Below the pieces are notes generated by a model that had not been told where the DNA came from, did no database searches, and saw nothing but the letters and a program-made list of their open reading frames with translations. Positions 15,001-27,632 of a stretch of DNA of 64,000 nucleotides are shown piece after piece (positions within the stretch are counted from its first letter, which is position 1; every line of letters begins with the position of its first letter). Source of the stretch: Eledone cirrhosa (taxonomy: Eukaryota); the NCBI GenBank assembly GCA_964016885.1, contig OZ024743.1:304854001-304918000 (forward strand), written 5' to 3'. The position numbers and the translations under genes are program-made.

Positions 15001-18000
15001 ACTGTAGTGTAAGTTATATTAAGGTTCATAACAAACTGTAATGTTAGTGATATTAAGGGACATAAACTGTAATGTAAGTTATATTAAGGGTCATAACAAA
15101 CTGTAATGTAAGTTACATTAAGGGTCATAACAAACTGAAATGCAAGTTATATAAGGGGTCATAACAAACTGTAATGTAAGTTATATTAAGGGTCATAATA
15201 AACTGTATTGTAAGTTATATTAAGGGTCATAACTCTATTGCAAGTTATAATAATGGTCATAACATCCTGTAATATAAGTTATATTAAGGTTCATAACAAA
15301 CTGTAATGTAAGTTATATAAAGGGTCATAACAAACTGTAATGTAAGTTATATTAGCGGTCATAACAAACTGCAATATAAGTTATATTAAGGGTCATAACA
15401 ATCTGTTATGTAAGTTATATATATAAGGCTCGCAACAAACTGTAGTGTAAGTTATATTAAGGGTCATAACTGTATTGCATGTTATATTAATGGTCATAAC
15501 ATAGTGTAATGTAAGTTATATTAAGGTTCATAACAAACTGTAATGTAAGTTATATTAGGGGTCATAAGAAACATTAATGTAAGTCATATTAAGGGTCATA
15601 ACATACTATAATGTAAGTTATATTAAGGCTCATAACAAACTGTTACGTAAGTTATATTTAAGGGTCAAAACAAACTGTATTGTAAGTTATATTAAAGCCA
15701 ATAACTGTATCGTAAGTTATATTAAGTGTCATAACATACTGTAGTGTAAGTTATATTAAGGGTCATAACAAACTGCAATGTAAGTTATATTAGCGGTCAT
15801 AAAGTGTAATGTAACTTATATGATGTGTCATAACGAACTGTAATGTAAGTGATATTAAGGGACATAATAAACTGTAATATAAGTTATATTTAGTGTCATA
15901 ACAAACTGTATTGCAAGTTACATTAAGGGTCATCACAAACTGTAGTGTAAGTTATATTAAGGGTCATAACAAACAGTAATGTAAATTATATTAAGGGTCA
16001 TAGCACACTGTTATGTAAGTTATATTAAGGGTCATATCATACAGTAATGTATGATTATATTAAGGTTCATTACAAATTGTAATGTAAGTTATATTAAGGG
16101 TCATAACTCTATTGCAAGTTATATTAAGGGTCATAACAAACTGTTACCTAAGTTATATTAAGGGTCATAACAAACTGCAATATATGTTATATTAACGGAC
16201 ATAACAAACTGTTATGTAAGTTATATTAAGGGTCATAACAAACTGTAATGTAAGTGATATTAATGGACATAAACTGTAATGTAAGTTATATTAAGCGTCA
16301 TAACAAACTGTAATGTAAGTTCATTAAGGGTCATAACAAACTGTAATGTAAGTTATATTAGGGGTCATAACAAACTGTAATGTAAGTTATATTAAGGGTC
16401 ATAACAAACTGTTATGTAAGTTATATTGAAGTTCATGACAAACTGTAATGTAAGTTATATTAAGCGTCATAACAAACTGTATTGTAAGTTATATTAAGGG
16501 TCATAACTCTATTGCAAGTTATAATAATGGTCATAAAATCCTGTAATATAAGTTATATTAAGGTTCACAACAAACTGTAATGTATGTTATATAAAGGGTC
16601 ATAACAAACTGTAATGTAAGTTAAAGTAAGGGTCATAACTGTATTGTAAGTTATATTAAGGGTCATAACTGTATTGTAAATTATATTAAGGGTCATAACA
16701 TACTGTAATGTAAGTTATATTAAGGGTAATAACAAACTGTTATGTAAGTTATATTAAGGGTCATATCAAACTATTGAAGTTATATTAAGGCTCATAACAA
16801 ACTGCATTAAAAGTTATATTAACGGTCATAACAAACTGTTATGTAAGTCATATTAAGGGTCATAACAAACTGTAATGTAAGTGATATTAAGGGACATAAA
16901 CTGTAATGTAAGTTATATTAAGGGTCATAACAAACTGTAATGTAAGTTACATTAAGGGTCATAACAAACTGTAATGCAAGTTATATAAGGGGTCATAACA
17001 AACTGTAATGTAAGTTATATTAAGGGTCATAATAAACTGTATTGTAAGTTATATTAAGGGTCATAACTCTATTGCAAGTTATAATAATGGTCATAACATC
17101 CTGTAATATAAGTTATATTAAGGTTCATAACAAACTGTAATGTAAGTTATATAAAGGGTCATAACAAACTGTAATGTAAGTTATATTAGCGGTCATAACA
17201 AACTGCAATATAAGTTATATTAAGGGTCATAACAATCTGTTATGTAAGTTATATATATAAGGCTCGCAACAAACTGTAGTGTAAGTTATATTAAGGGTCA
17301 TAACTGTATTGCATGTTATATTAATGGTCATAACATAGTGTAATGTAAGTTATATTAAGGTTCATAACAAACTGTAATGTAAGTTATATTAGGGGTCATA
17401 AGAAACATTAATGTAAGTCATATTAAGGGTCATAACATACTATAATGTAAGTTATATTAAGGCTCATAACAAACTGTTACGTAAGTTATATTTAAGGGTC
17501 AAAACAAACTGTATTGTAAGTTATATTAAAGCCAATAACTGTATCGTAAGTTATATTAAGTGTCATAACATACTGTAGTGTAAGTTATATTAAGGGTCAT
17601 AACAAACTGCAATGTAAGTTATATTAGCGGTCATAAAGTGTAATGTAACTTATATGATGTGTCATAACGAACTGTAATGTAAGTGATATTAAGGGACATA
17701 ATAAACTGTAATATAAGTTATATTTAGTGTCATAACAAACTGTATTGCAAGTTACATTAAGGGTCATCACAAACTGTAGTGTAAGTTATATTAAGGGTCA
17801 TAACAAACAGTAATGTAAGTTATATTAAGGGTCATAGCACACTGTTATGTAAGTTATATTAAGGGTCATATCATACAGTAATGTATGATTATATTAAGGT
17901 TCATTACAAATTGTAATGTAAGTTATATTAAGGGTCATAACTCTATTGCAAGTTATATTAAGGGTCATAACAAACTGTTACCTAAGTTATATTAAGGGTC

Positions 18001-20231
18001 ATAACAAACTGCAATATATGTTATATTAACGGACATAACAAACTGTTATGTAAGTTATATTAAGGGTCATAACAAACTGTAATGTAAGTGATATTAATGG
18101 ACATAAACTGTAATGTAAGTTATATTAAGCGTCATAACAAACTGTAATGTAAGTTCATTAAGGGTCATAACAAACTGTAATGTAAGTTATATTAGGGGTC
18201 ATAACAAACTGTAATGTAAGTTATATTAAGGGTCATAACAAACTGTTATGTAAGTTATATTGAAGTTCATGACAAACTGTAATGTAAGTTATATTAAGCG
18301 TCATAACAAACTGTATTGTAAGTTATATTAAGGGTCATAACTCTATTGCAAGTTATAATAATGGTCATAAAATCCTGTAATATAAGTTATATTAAGGTTC
18401 ACAACAAACTGTAATGTATGTTATATAAAGGGTCATAACAAACTGTAATGTAAGTTAAAGTAAGGGTCATAACTGTATTGTAAGTTATATTAAGGGTCAT
18501 AACTGTATTGTAAATTATATTAAGGGTCATAACATACTGTAATGTAAGTTATATTAAGGGTAATAACAAACTGTTATGTAAGTTATATTAAGGGTCATAT
18601 CAAACTATTGAAGTTATATTAAGGCTCATAACAAACTGCATTAAAAGTTATATTAACGGTCATAACAAACTGTTATGTAAGTCATATTAAGGGTCATAAC
18701 AAACTGTAATGTAAGTGATATTAAGGGACATAAACTGTAATGTAAGTTATATTAAGGGTCATAACAAACTGTAATGTAAGTTACATTAAGGGTCATAACA
18801 AACTGTAATGTAAGTTATATTAGGGGTCATAACAAACTGTAGTGTAAGTTATATTAAGGGTCATAACAAACTGTAATATAAGTTATATTAATGGTCATAG
18901 CAAACTGTTATGTAAGTTATATTAAGGGTCATAACAAACTGTATTAAAGTTATATTAAGGGTCATAACAAACTGCAATATAAGTTATACTAACGGTCATA
19001 ACAAACTGTAATGTAAGTTACATTAAGTGTCATAACAAACTGTTATATAAGTTATATTATGGGTCATAACAAACTTTAATATAAGTTATATTAAGGGTCA
19101 TAACAAACTGTAGTGTAAATTATATTATGGGTCATAACCAACTGTTATATAAGTTATATTAAGGGTCATAACAAACTGTAATGTAAGTTACATTAAGTGT
19201 CATAACAAACTTATATAAGTTATATTATGGGTCATAACAAACTTTAATATAAGTTATATTAAGGGTCATAACAATCTGTAGTGTAAATTATATTATGGGT
19301 CATAACCAACTGTTATATAAGTTATATTAAGGGTCATAACAAACTGTTATGTAAGTTTTATTAAGGGACATAACAAACTGTAGTGTAAGTTATATTAAGG
19401 GTCATAACTGTATTGTAAATTATATTAAGGTTCATAACATACTGTAATGTAAGTTATATTAAGGGTAATAACAAACTGTTATGTAAGTTATATTAAGGGT
19501 CATATCAAACTATTGAAGTTATATTAAGACTCATAACAAACTGCATTAAAAGTTATATTAACGGTCATAACAAACTGTTATGTAAGTCATATTAAGGGTC
19601 ATAACAAACAGTAATGTAAGTGATATTAAGGGACATAAACTGTAATGTAAGTTATATTAAGGGTCATAACAAACTGTAATGTAAGTTACATTAAGGGTCA
19701 TAACAAACTGTAATGTAAGTTACATTAAGGGTCATAACAAACTGTAATGTAAGTTATATTAGGGGTCATAACAAACTGTAGTGTAAGTTATATTAAGGGT
19801 CATAACAAACTGTAATATATGTTATATTAATGGTCATAGCAAACTGTTATGTAAGTTATATTAAGGGTCATAACAAACTGTATTAAAGTTATATTAAGGG
19901 TCATAACAAACTGCAATATAAGTTATACTAACGGTCATAACAAACTGTAATGTAAGTTACATTAAGTGTCATAACAAACTGTTATATAAGTTATATTATG
20001 GGTCATAACAAACTTTAATATAAGTTATATTAAGGGTCATAACAAACTGTAGTGTAAATTATATTATGGGTCATAACCAACTGTTATATAAGTTATATTA
20101 AGGGTCATAACAAACTGTAATGTAAGTTACATTAAGTGTCATAACAAACTGTTATGTAAGTTATATTAAGGGACATAACAAACTGTAGTGTAAGTTATAT
20201 TAAGGGTCATAACAAATTGTAGAGTAAGTTA
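1..20231. repeat. 34-bp tandem satellite array (consensus TAAGTTATATTAAGGGTCATAACAAACTGTAATG), ~600 monomers, with ~30-bp deletion variants and higher-order repeats; runs off the left edge
   Basis: Monomer read directly and repeated without interruption until ...aacaaattgtagagtaagttac at ~20231. Diagnostic variants recur at fixed spacings (8767/11310; 15426/17260; 16762/18596/19501). Confidence 0.98.
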
Positions 20232-20387
20232 CGGCTTTCAACGGAAATCCAATGTTAATTTAACATTTTTCGCTTCTCAATTTAAACTTATTTAAGTATA
20301 AATATATTCAAAATAACCAATAAGAATTAACATTTTGTATTTTTTATGGTTAAAATAACAAGTGTTTTTCATCATGTCTTTTAATAG

Positions 20388-20537
20388 TTGGCATTACTTA
20401 TCATTTCTGCAAATTCAAAGAAGTACATTTCTGCAATTACGAAGTTGAATGTCCTAATAATACTGACTATGTATGGCATCGAAGTTCCAACTTTAATAAT
20501 TTACCAAGACCTGAAAATGTTCCATATTATAATACTG
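20388..20537 (+). CDS. Exon A (150 nt, phase 1-1) of MAM/LDLa-domain gene; N-terminal part of MAM domain 1
   Basis: Acceptor tcttttaatAG, donor GTAAGT. Translates xGITYHFCKFKEVHFCNYEVECPNNTDYVWHRSSNFNNLPRPENVPYYNT, matching the MAM start pattern C-x-F-x4-C-x-Y...W-x-R...P. Confidence 0.85.
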
Positions 20538-20820
20538 GTAAGTTAGATACTACAATCTATCATATATTCTACAATCTATTAAATAAATATTCAATGGTAA
20601 AAATAAAGATTCTTCTGTCTATATCAAAATGAAACCAACAAACAGAAGAAAGTAAGATTGATCCCATAATCAACTAGATTGATGGGACCCAGCTGAAAAT
20701 TGTTCTTCTTAAGGTGAAAACTTCTTCTTTGAGCTAAAAAGCTTGGCATGATGACTGCAAATGGGTTACATATGAAAAAGTTTGTCCTATATATATATAT
20801 ATATAATGTATATATATGGA

Positions 20821-21113
20821 GGCACATGGCTTAGTGGTTAGAGCATTGGCCTTTCAATCGAAAGGTTGTGAGTTCAATTCTCAGACCGGGTGACATGTTG
20901 TCTCCTTGGGCAAGACACTTTATTTCACATTGCTCCAGTTTACTCAGCTGTAGAAATGAGATGATAGGGACTGGGGTCCCTATCATTCCACTGCAAAGTG
21001 ATCGTGGAGGTGCCACGGCAAAAAAGCACCCACCACTCACTGTAAATGAGGTTGGTGTTAGGAAGGGCATCCAGCTGTAGATATCAAGCCAGAATCAGTT
21101 CCCATCCTACCCT

Positions 21114-21167
<54 letters not shown>

Positions 21168-21385
21168 TATACATATATATACATATATATACAGTGTGTA
21201 TATATATACATATATATACAGCATGTATATATATATATATATACAGTATGTATATATATATATATTCAGTATATATATATATATATATATAAAGATAATA
21301 GTCAGGCAGAGTGAATCAGTTCCCGTCCCACCCTTGTAAGCAGGGAAAAAGCGGACGTAAAATGAAATGATGATGAAATGATGAT
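20821..21385 (+). mobile_element. Composite SINE: tRNA-derived head, CORE-like domain and RTE-derived 3' tail, interrupted by (TA)n
   Basis: A box TGGCTTAGTGG, B box GTTCAATTC, CORE-like ccttgggcaagacactt...ctgtagaaatgag. Tail ttaggaagggcatccagctgtaga...ggacgtaaaatgaaatgatgatg is shared with the RTE 3' ends in this window. Confidence 0.8.
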
Positions 21386-22419
21386 ATACACAGCATGTAT
21401 ATATATACAGTATATATTCGAATATAAGCCAAACCGCTATTTTATCAACGATCTTTTGTCACATGTTTCTCGGCTTATATTCGAGTATATATGGTAATTA
21501 TAAATTCAGTTGTTTCAAAATCTGTAACACACTAAAAAAAAAAACAATCATGGTAAAGGATTGGATTACAAATTACAATCATGGCTGTCTATAGATTTCA
21601 GTTTAATATTATAATCAAGTTGAATCACTGCTGATTGGATCATTAGATGAGCAGCCATTTAATGATAATGATCAATATTTATATAGAAAGTGTGAATTCT
21701 AGAAATATATATCTTTATATGTTTTATATTTTGGCTTGGTTTTTCTGGCTGGATGTTTTTCCTAACACCAACCACTTGCTGAAGATTAACATGGCACAGC
21801 ACTACCACTTTGTAAAGTTGTATAGATTGCATTTTGCTGTGGCACAGGACTTGTCATGTACTTTGGCACAGGAAGTTGTCATGTACTTTGCAGGACTGAA
21901 TAGTCCTATATTGCCATTATTTGACAAGTAACCATTTTACAGAGTTTACTTGGTGCATCAATACTAGAAATGTTGTCAAGTCCTCAAGTATTCTCTCTCC
22001 CCTACTATGCCTTAGTTCATTTGACAACCACTTTAAAGGAGGCACTGAGTGAATTCCATTATGACATCAGCAATAGAGATATTTTCTGATCCACGCCAGG
22101 CTAAAGAACCTCTCAACTCCATGCAGTCTATGATCTCTCATTACATTTATTTTCAGAATCACAGTGCTTGTACTTAAGAGTGAATCTTATTTTAGCATGA
22201 TGAGTTACCTCTCAACATGATCCTATATCTATCCTTCATGAGATTCAGTTTCTTGATGTCATTCTTCTCAATTTTGTACATCTCTTCCAATGTCTCCCTC
22301 TTCCGTGGGTTTTAGCTACTTCAAGTGCTCAACACTACAAGCATACACTCAAGGAAGGCCCATTTACAGGGGTCATTCTTGCCACCCACCTTTAAACAAA
22401 CTGGCTGGAAAGCAGCACT

Positions 22420-24590
22420 TCCTTCTCCACACTGATTTTCTATTTCAAGTAAAACCTGAAAAAGATAATGAGAGCATTGCAGAAGAGGAAAGTGCCCATC
22501 TTCAAACCTTAATGATAATATGAAAGCTGAGTTACCCAGTATAAACAAAATTTCATATTTTACAACAGCCAGAAGATGTTATTTGAACAGCTAGAATGGA
22601 GAGAGGAAGAAAGGAAACGATACTATTTCTCAAGCTGAACAAACCAACACATCTTGGAGAAGGATTTTGGAGTAGGATGCTAAACATAATAGTCAGGCAG
22701 AGTGAATTGAGACTGTTAAAAAGTAGATTAATGAACAAGTACACCAACAAGCTGACTTGAGTATCTCAGTTGAGCCCCTTAAAAAGCAGGCCAATAAATT
22801 AACCAACTGGAAATTACCAGGCCCTGGTGGTATGCAAGGATATTGGATTAAGTATATAACATCTCTCCACCCAATACTGGCAGCCATATTCAGTGGTTAT
22901 TTGGTGTTGGATGAAGTACCACACTAGTTGACAAAAGGTGCCATGGGTCTAATAAGGAAAGACCAAGACAAGCCAAGGGAAATTATGTTACTAATTATAG
23001 ACCTATCACATGTCTGTTCTTGATGTAGAAATTGCAAACAAGCATTCTATCTGAGGAAATCTACCACCACATCAACACAAACAACTTATTGTCAGAGGAG
23101 CAAAACAGATGCTGAAAGAAGTCCCGTGGTACAAAAGATCAGTTACTTAATGACAAGATGATAATCACACACTACAAAAGGAGGCATACAGGTCTTGGCA
23201 TGGGATAGATAGATTACATGAAGACATTTGACATAGTTCCTCATTCTGGAATAGCCAAGTGCCTAGAAATCTTCAAGGTTGTGGACTTCTATTAAGTAAT
23301 AGCTTGAAGACAGTTAATATTGGGGGAGAATCCTTGGAAAAGAGGTATCTTCCAAGGAGATAGTCTATCTCCTTTATTGTTTATCCTTACCCTCATACCC
23401 TTGTCCCTCATATTTTGAAGGGTGAAGGCAGGATACAAACTGGGAAGAGGAGAGCTTACCATCAACTACCTCCTCTTCACGGATGACCTAAAATTCTTCT
23501 GAAAGAATCAGATGTACTTGTTAACACTGTTCATATTTTCAGCAATGATATATGTATGGCATTTAATGTTAATAAGTGTGGAGCCATAGTGTTGAGTAGA
23601 TGTAAATTGAAGAGAAGCAAACGAATCAAGATACCAATGAGTGAGGTGTTAAAGGAGATCAACACCAAAGAAGGATATAGGTATTTGTGTGTTGTGGAAG
23701 CAGATACCACCAAAGACAATAATATGAAGGTGATGATGAGATCTGAATACATAAGGAGAGTAAGGAACATACTAAAATCACAACTGAATAGTAGGAATGC
23801 CATAAGTGCAATTATTTCCTGAGCTGTGTTTATAATTCAGTAGAGTGCCAGGAATTTTTAAATGTAATGTAATGGGGCAAAAAGAATTAGATAGATAGAA
23901 AGACAAGGAAATTAATGACTACCTACAGTATGTTTCATAAGAAGGGTGGTTTTGATAGACTGTACTTAAAGAGATCTCAAGTCGGGAAAGGTCTTATCAG
24001 CAAGGGGAACTATGTTCAGATGGAGAGGAGCTGTTTACATAAATACATGGCTGAGAGTAACAATCGAATGCTTAAGGCTGTATTGAAGGAGGAGTTAATA
24101 GACATGGAGATATCCAAGAAAGAAGTAATGAGAAAGAGGAAGAACAACCTGAATGTAAAAGTCTTTCATAGCATCTTCTTGAAGGAAACAGAATTCAGAA
24201 ATCTGCAGACATGTAGCTGGGTAAAGAAAGGGGACACTTAGAAAGCTACAGGGGGAATGCTACTGGTTGCATAAGAACAAGCTCTTAGAACAGAGTAGAT
24301 GAAACATGATATTGACAAGGAGGAAGCTAGCTCACTCTGTAGAATCTGTGGAGAGAGAGAGGAAACTATGGCTCACATCATATATAAGTGTAACTTGTCC
24401 CTTTGACACAAGAAAAGGAGAAAGAAAATATTAACCAGTACTAGGATCTAAATTGGCAACTGAAAAGGATTTGGGACTGCCATCAGATCAAGGTCATTCC
24501 CATCAGAAAGCATTAGGTACTATCCCAAACATTTTCCAAGGCTGGCTAAAACTTAGTCCAGCCCCCTGCTTTTGGAATGTCGGACATGTT
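22420..24590 (+). mobile_element. Degenerate R4/Dong-like non-LTR retrotransposon (RT plus C-terminal CCHC), many stops and frameshifts
   Basis: Relic motifs NWKLPGPGGMQGYW, NYRPITCL, SRGTKDQLL, RGIFQGDSLSPLLF, LLFTDDLK, DRLYLKRSQVGKGL, EQALRT, CRICGEREETMAHIIYKC. Confidence 0.8.
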
Positions 24591-24611
24591 TTGTGGCATT
24601 TATAGTTCCAG

Positions 24612-25698
24612 CATATAAAGAAACAGTCAGCAAGGTTAGAATTAACAACGAATATAGTGAAGAATTTAACGTAAAAGTTGGTGTTCATCAGGGCTGTGTC
24701 CTTAGCCCCCTCCTATTTATTATAGTGGAAACCTTCTATTACCTGGGTGACAAAATCAGCAGTGGTGGAGGGTGTTCTGAAAGTACAGTAGCTAGAGTCA
24801 GAACGGGATGGAAAAAGTTCAGAGAGCTTATACCACTATTGGCCGCTAAAGGTTTCTCCCTAAAAATGAAAGGCAGACTGTATGATGCCTGCATACGAAC
24901 AGCAATGTTACATGGCAGTGAGACATGAGCATTGTGTGCAGAGGATCTGCACAGATTGGAGAGGAATGAAGCATGCATGTTCTGTTGGATATGTAATAGC
25001 AATATACGTGAACGGTAAAACATACATGAACTAAATGAGAAATTAGGAATAAGAGGGATCAGATGCTGTTTACTCGAGAGAAGACTATGTTGGTATGGTC
25101 ACGTGATGTGCATGAAAGACGACAGCTGTATAAAAAGTGCAGGGCGATCAAAATAGATGGAAGCTATGGAGTAGGCAGACCCAGAAAAACCTGGGACGAT
25201 TTGATAAATTCCGACCTTACACACTTACACCTCTCCAAGACAATGTTACTGGACCGAGATCTTTGGCGCTACGCAGTAATACAGAAGACCTGCCTTGCCT
25301 AAGTACAAAGCGAAACCTATAGTCAATAGGCATCTCCTAACCAAAAATACAACCCCATCCCACTATCCCCACCCCCACCAACACCACCCTTTCTCTGTAA
25401 AGTTATGTTAGTCCCACAACATCCAGTCCTAAATAAATGAGGTCGTGTAGGTGTCACAACAAAAAAACACACAGTCCACGCTGTAATGTGGCCGTGTAGG
25501 TAACACGGTAAAAACCTCCCAGTCCACACTGTAAACGTGGTAGGTGTTAGGAAGGGCATCCAGCCATAGAAAACCTGCCAGACAGTCCTATATGAGCAAG
25601 ACAACCAATCTTGCCTCACGTGGGACAATTCCCGTCTAAATCCATGCTAGCATGGAAGATAGACGTTAAACGATGATGATGATGATGATGATGATGAT
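24612..25698 (+). mobile_element. RTE LINE, 5'-truncated and internally deleted copy with full 3' UTR and (GAT)n tail
   Basis: [18 protein letters not shown] joined directly to VETFYYLGDKISSGGG. The 3' UTR closely matches the reverse complement of 44620-45000. Confidence 0.92.
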
Positions 25699-25886
25699 TG
25701 ATATAGATGGGTGAAGGGGGATTGAGAACAATATTGTAATTTGTTTTCACAATCCCCCCCCCCCCCCACACACACACCCCTTCCCTTATCTTTTGTCTTT
25801 GTGACAATGACAAAATTAGTATGGAGGAAACATTTTGATGGTGTCTTTGTATTTTATTCATCATTTTCTCCCTTTTCTTTTTTCAG

Positions 25887-26023
25887 TATATCATATGTTG
25901 GCAAATTCTGAAAATGGCAAACCTGGAGATAAGACACATATCATATTTAAAAATGTTTTACCTCCTGCAGAACATAGTTTCTACTTTTCTTATTTTATTC
26001 ATGAAAATGGTGGTAAACTGCAG
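25887..26023 (+). CDS. Exon B (137 nt, phase 1-0); middle of MAM domain 1
   Basis: Polypyrimidine tract + cAG, donor GTATGG. VYHMLANSENGKPGDKTHIIFKNVLPPAEHSFYFSYFIHENGGKLQ; frame continuous with exons A and C. Confidence 0.87.
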
Positions 26024-26329
26024 GTATGGTCAAATACTTTTCCCTTTTCATTTTATGAACATATTTACATTCAAACTGATTTGTAAGGGTATGATTGGTT
26101 GATAAAGTACAAAAGCCAGTCATGAAATCAATAGTACTTGTGTTATCATTGGCAATGTCTTCTGGGTGCAAACAAGATAATCAACACTCATGTTGTTGAG
26201 TTTAAGGAATTTGAAGATCTTATTAAATAAGTTTTGACATATTTGTCTCCAAGCAGTATGTCTATGGCAAATCATTCCAGTTGAACACATTTTTACTGCA
26301 TCACTTATGTGTTCCAGCAAACAGACTGA

Positions 26330-26545
26330 GGCTGTGCTGGGGCACCACCATTATTATATTTTTGGTGGTATCGATAGAGGGTTGGACGCCATGCTTTCCA
26401 GCATAGTTATGTCCCTTTACAGTCTGAGTTCAAATCCCGTCAAGGTTAACTTTGCCTTTCATCCTTACGGGGTCGATAAAATAAAGTACCATTAATGTAC
26501 TGGGTAATTGCTGGCCTTGTGCCAAAAGTAGTAACAATTATTATT
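26330..26545 (+). mobile_element. SINE with Meta/Nin-type conserved central domain (further copies ~53500-53650 and ~53800-53855 on -, ~63600-63785 on +)
   Basis: B-box-like gagttcaaatccc followed by aactttgcctttcatccttacggggtcgataaaataaagtacca, recurring at the other loci. Family name is from recollection of the consensus, not a search. Confidence 0.65.
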
Positions 26546-27130
26546 TTAAACTTTAATTAAAGCTAGATTTTACATTCAATATTTGCTATGATCTAAATTT
26601 AAGAACTTCAACTCAGATCTACAAACTGGCTAAAACGTACATCAATTTTATTGTGCTATGGCTGATTATATGTGTGAGCTGTTTGTTCCTGTTTTATCTG
26701 TCAATTTACAGGAGAATTAAACCATTTGAGAATTAAATAATTTTGTCACTTGGCACTGATATTATGGAAGGGATATAAAGTATGTGCTGGAATATATTTG
26801 GCAATCAGTGTATGTGAAATACAATAACATACACCACAGAACATATTTTCATGAAAGAGAGCATTTTCATTCTTGTTCTGTATCAATTTTGGGGAATGTA
26901 ATGTGTTAGGTGCATTGTTTCACTTAGAAACTAATTGTCAAATCTGCTCTATTATATGAATTATTGTGGATATAGAAAAAAAGATGGGTTTAAAGAACAA
27001 TATTTTTAAAGTTGAAAAATATCCAACTTGTTTTAGACTAAAACTAAATGCAATCATATATAGAATCCATACATACATGCATACACACACACATACATAC
27101 ATACATTCATACATAAATGCATACATACAT

Positions 27131-27632
27131 ACACATGTGATGCGTATGAAGGATGACAGCTGCATAAAAAGGTGTAGAGCACTAGAAGTCGATGGAAGCC
27201 GTGGAGTGGGGAGACCCAAGAAGACCTGGGATGAGGTGATAAAGGGTGACCTTACCCAATTGCACCTCTGGCGTCACACAGTAATACAGAAGAAACGACC
27301 CCCCCCCCCAACAGGAACAAGCCGAAGCAGAAGCATATAGACAATATGCCCTACACCCTCCCACTGCAAAGTGGTCGTCGAGGTGCCACGGCAAAAACGC
27401 ACCCAGCCCACACTGTAAAGTGGACGTGTACGCGCCATGGAAAAGAAGCACCCAGTACTTACTGTAAATGAGGTTGGTGTTAGCAAGGGCATCTATCTGT
27501 AGAAATCAAGCCAGAATCAGTTCCTGTATGAGCAAGACAAGGTCAGCCAAATAGACATTGCTCACAACAGGACAACCCATGCTAGCATAGAAGAACGGAC
27601 GTAAAACGGTGATGATGATGATGATGATGATA
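27131..27632 (+). mobile_element. RTE LINE 3' fragment with (GAT)n tail
   Basis: HVMRMKDDSCIKRCRALEVDGSRGVGRPKKTWDEVI; 3' UTR matches the reverse complement of 40935-41200. Confidence 0.9.

Noticed and set aside
1-20231. CRISPR array (34-bp repeats)
   Set aside because: Monomers are head-to-tail with no unique spacers, there are no cas genes, and the context is eukaryotic.
1-20231. Resemblance to loxP (34 bp, ATAAC...AAGTTAT)
   Set aside because: Only the 5-7 bp ends match; there are no 13-bp inverted arms around an 8-bp spacer. Coincidental.
20821-20890. tRNA gene
   Set aside because: A and B boxes are present but there is no acceptor stem, and it continues into a CORE-like SINE body.
21046-21339. 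YI/IY-repeat ORFs here and at other (TA)n tracts
   Set aside because: Microsatellite translations.
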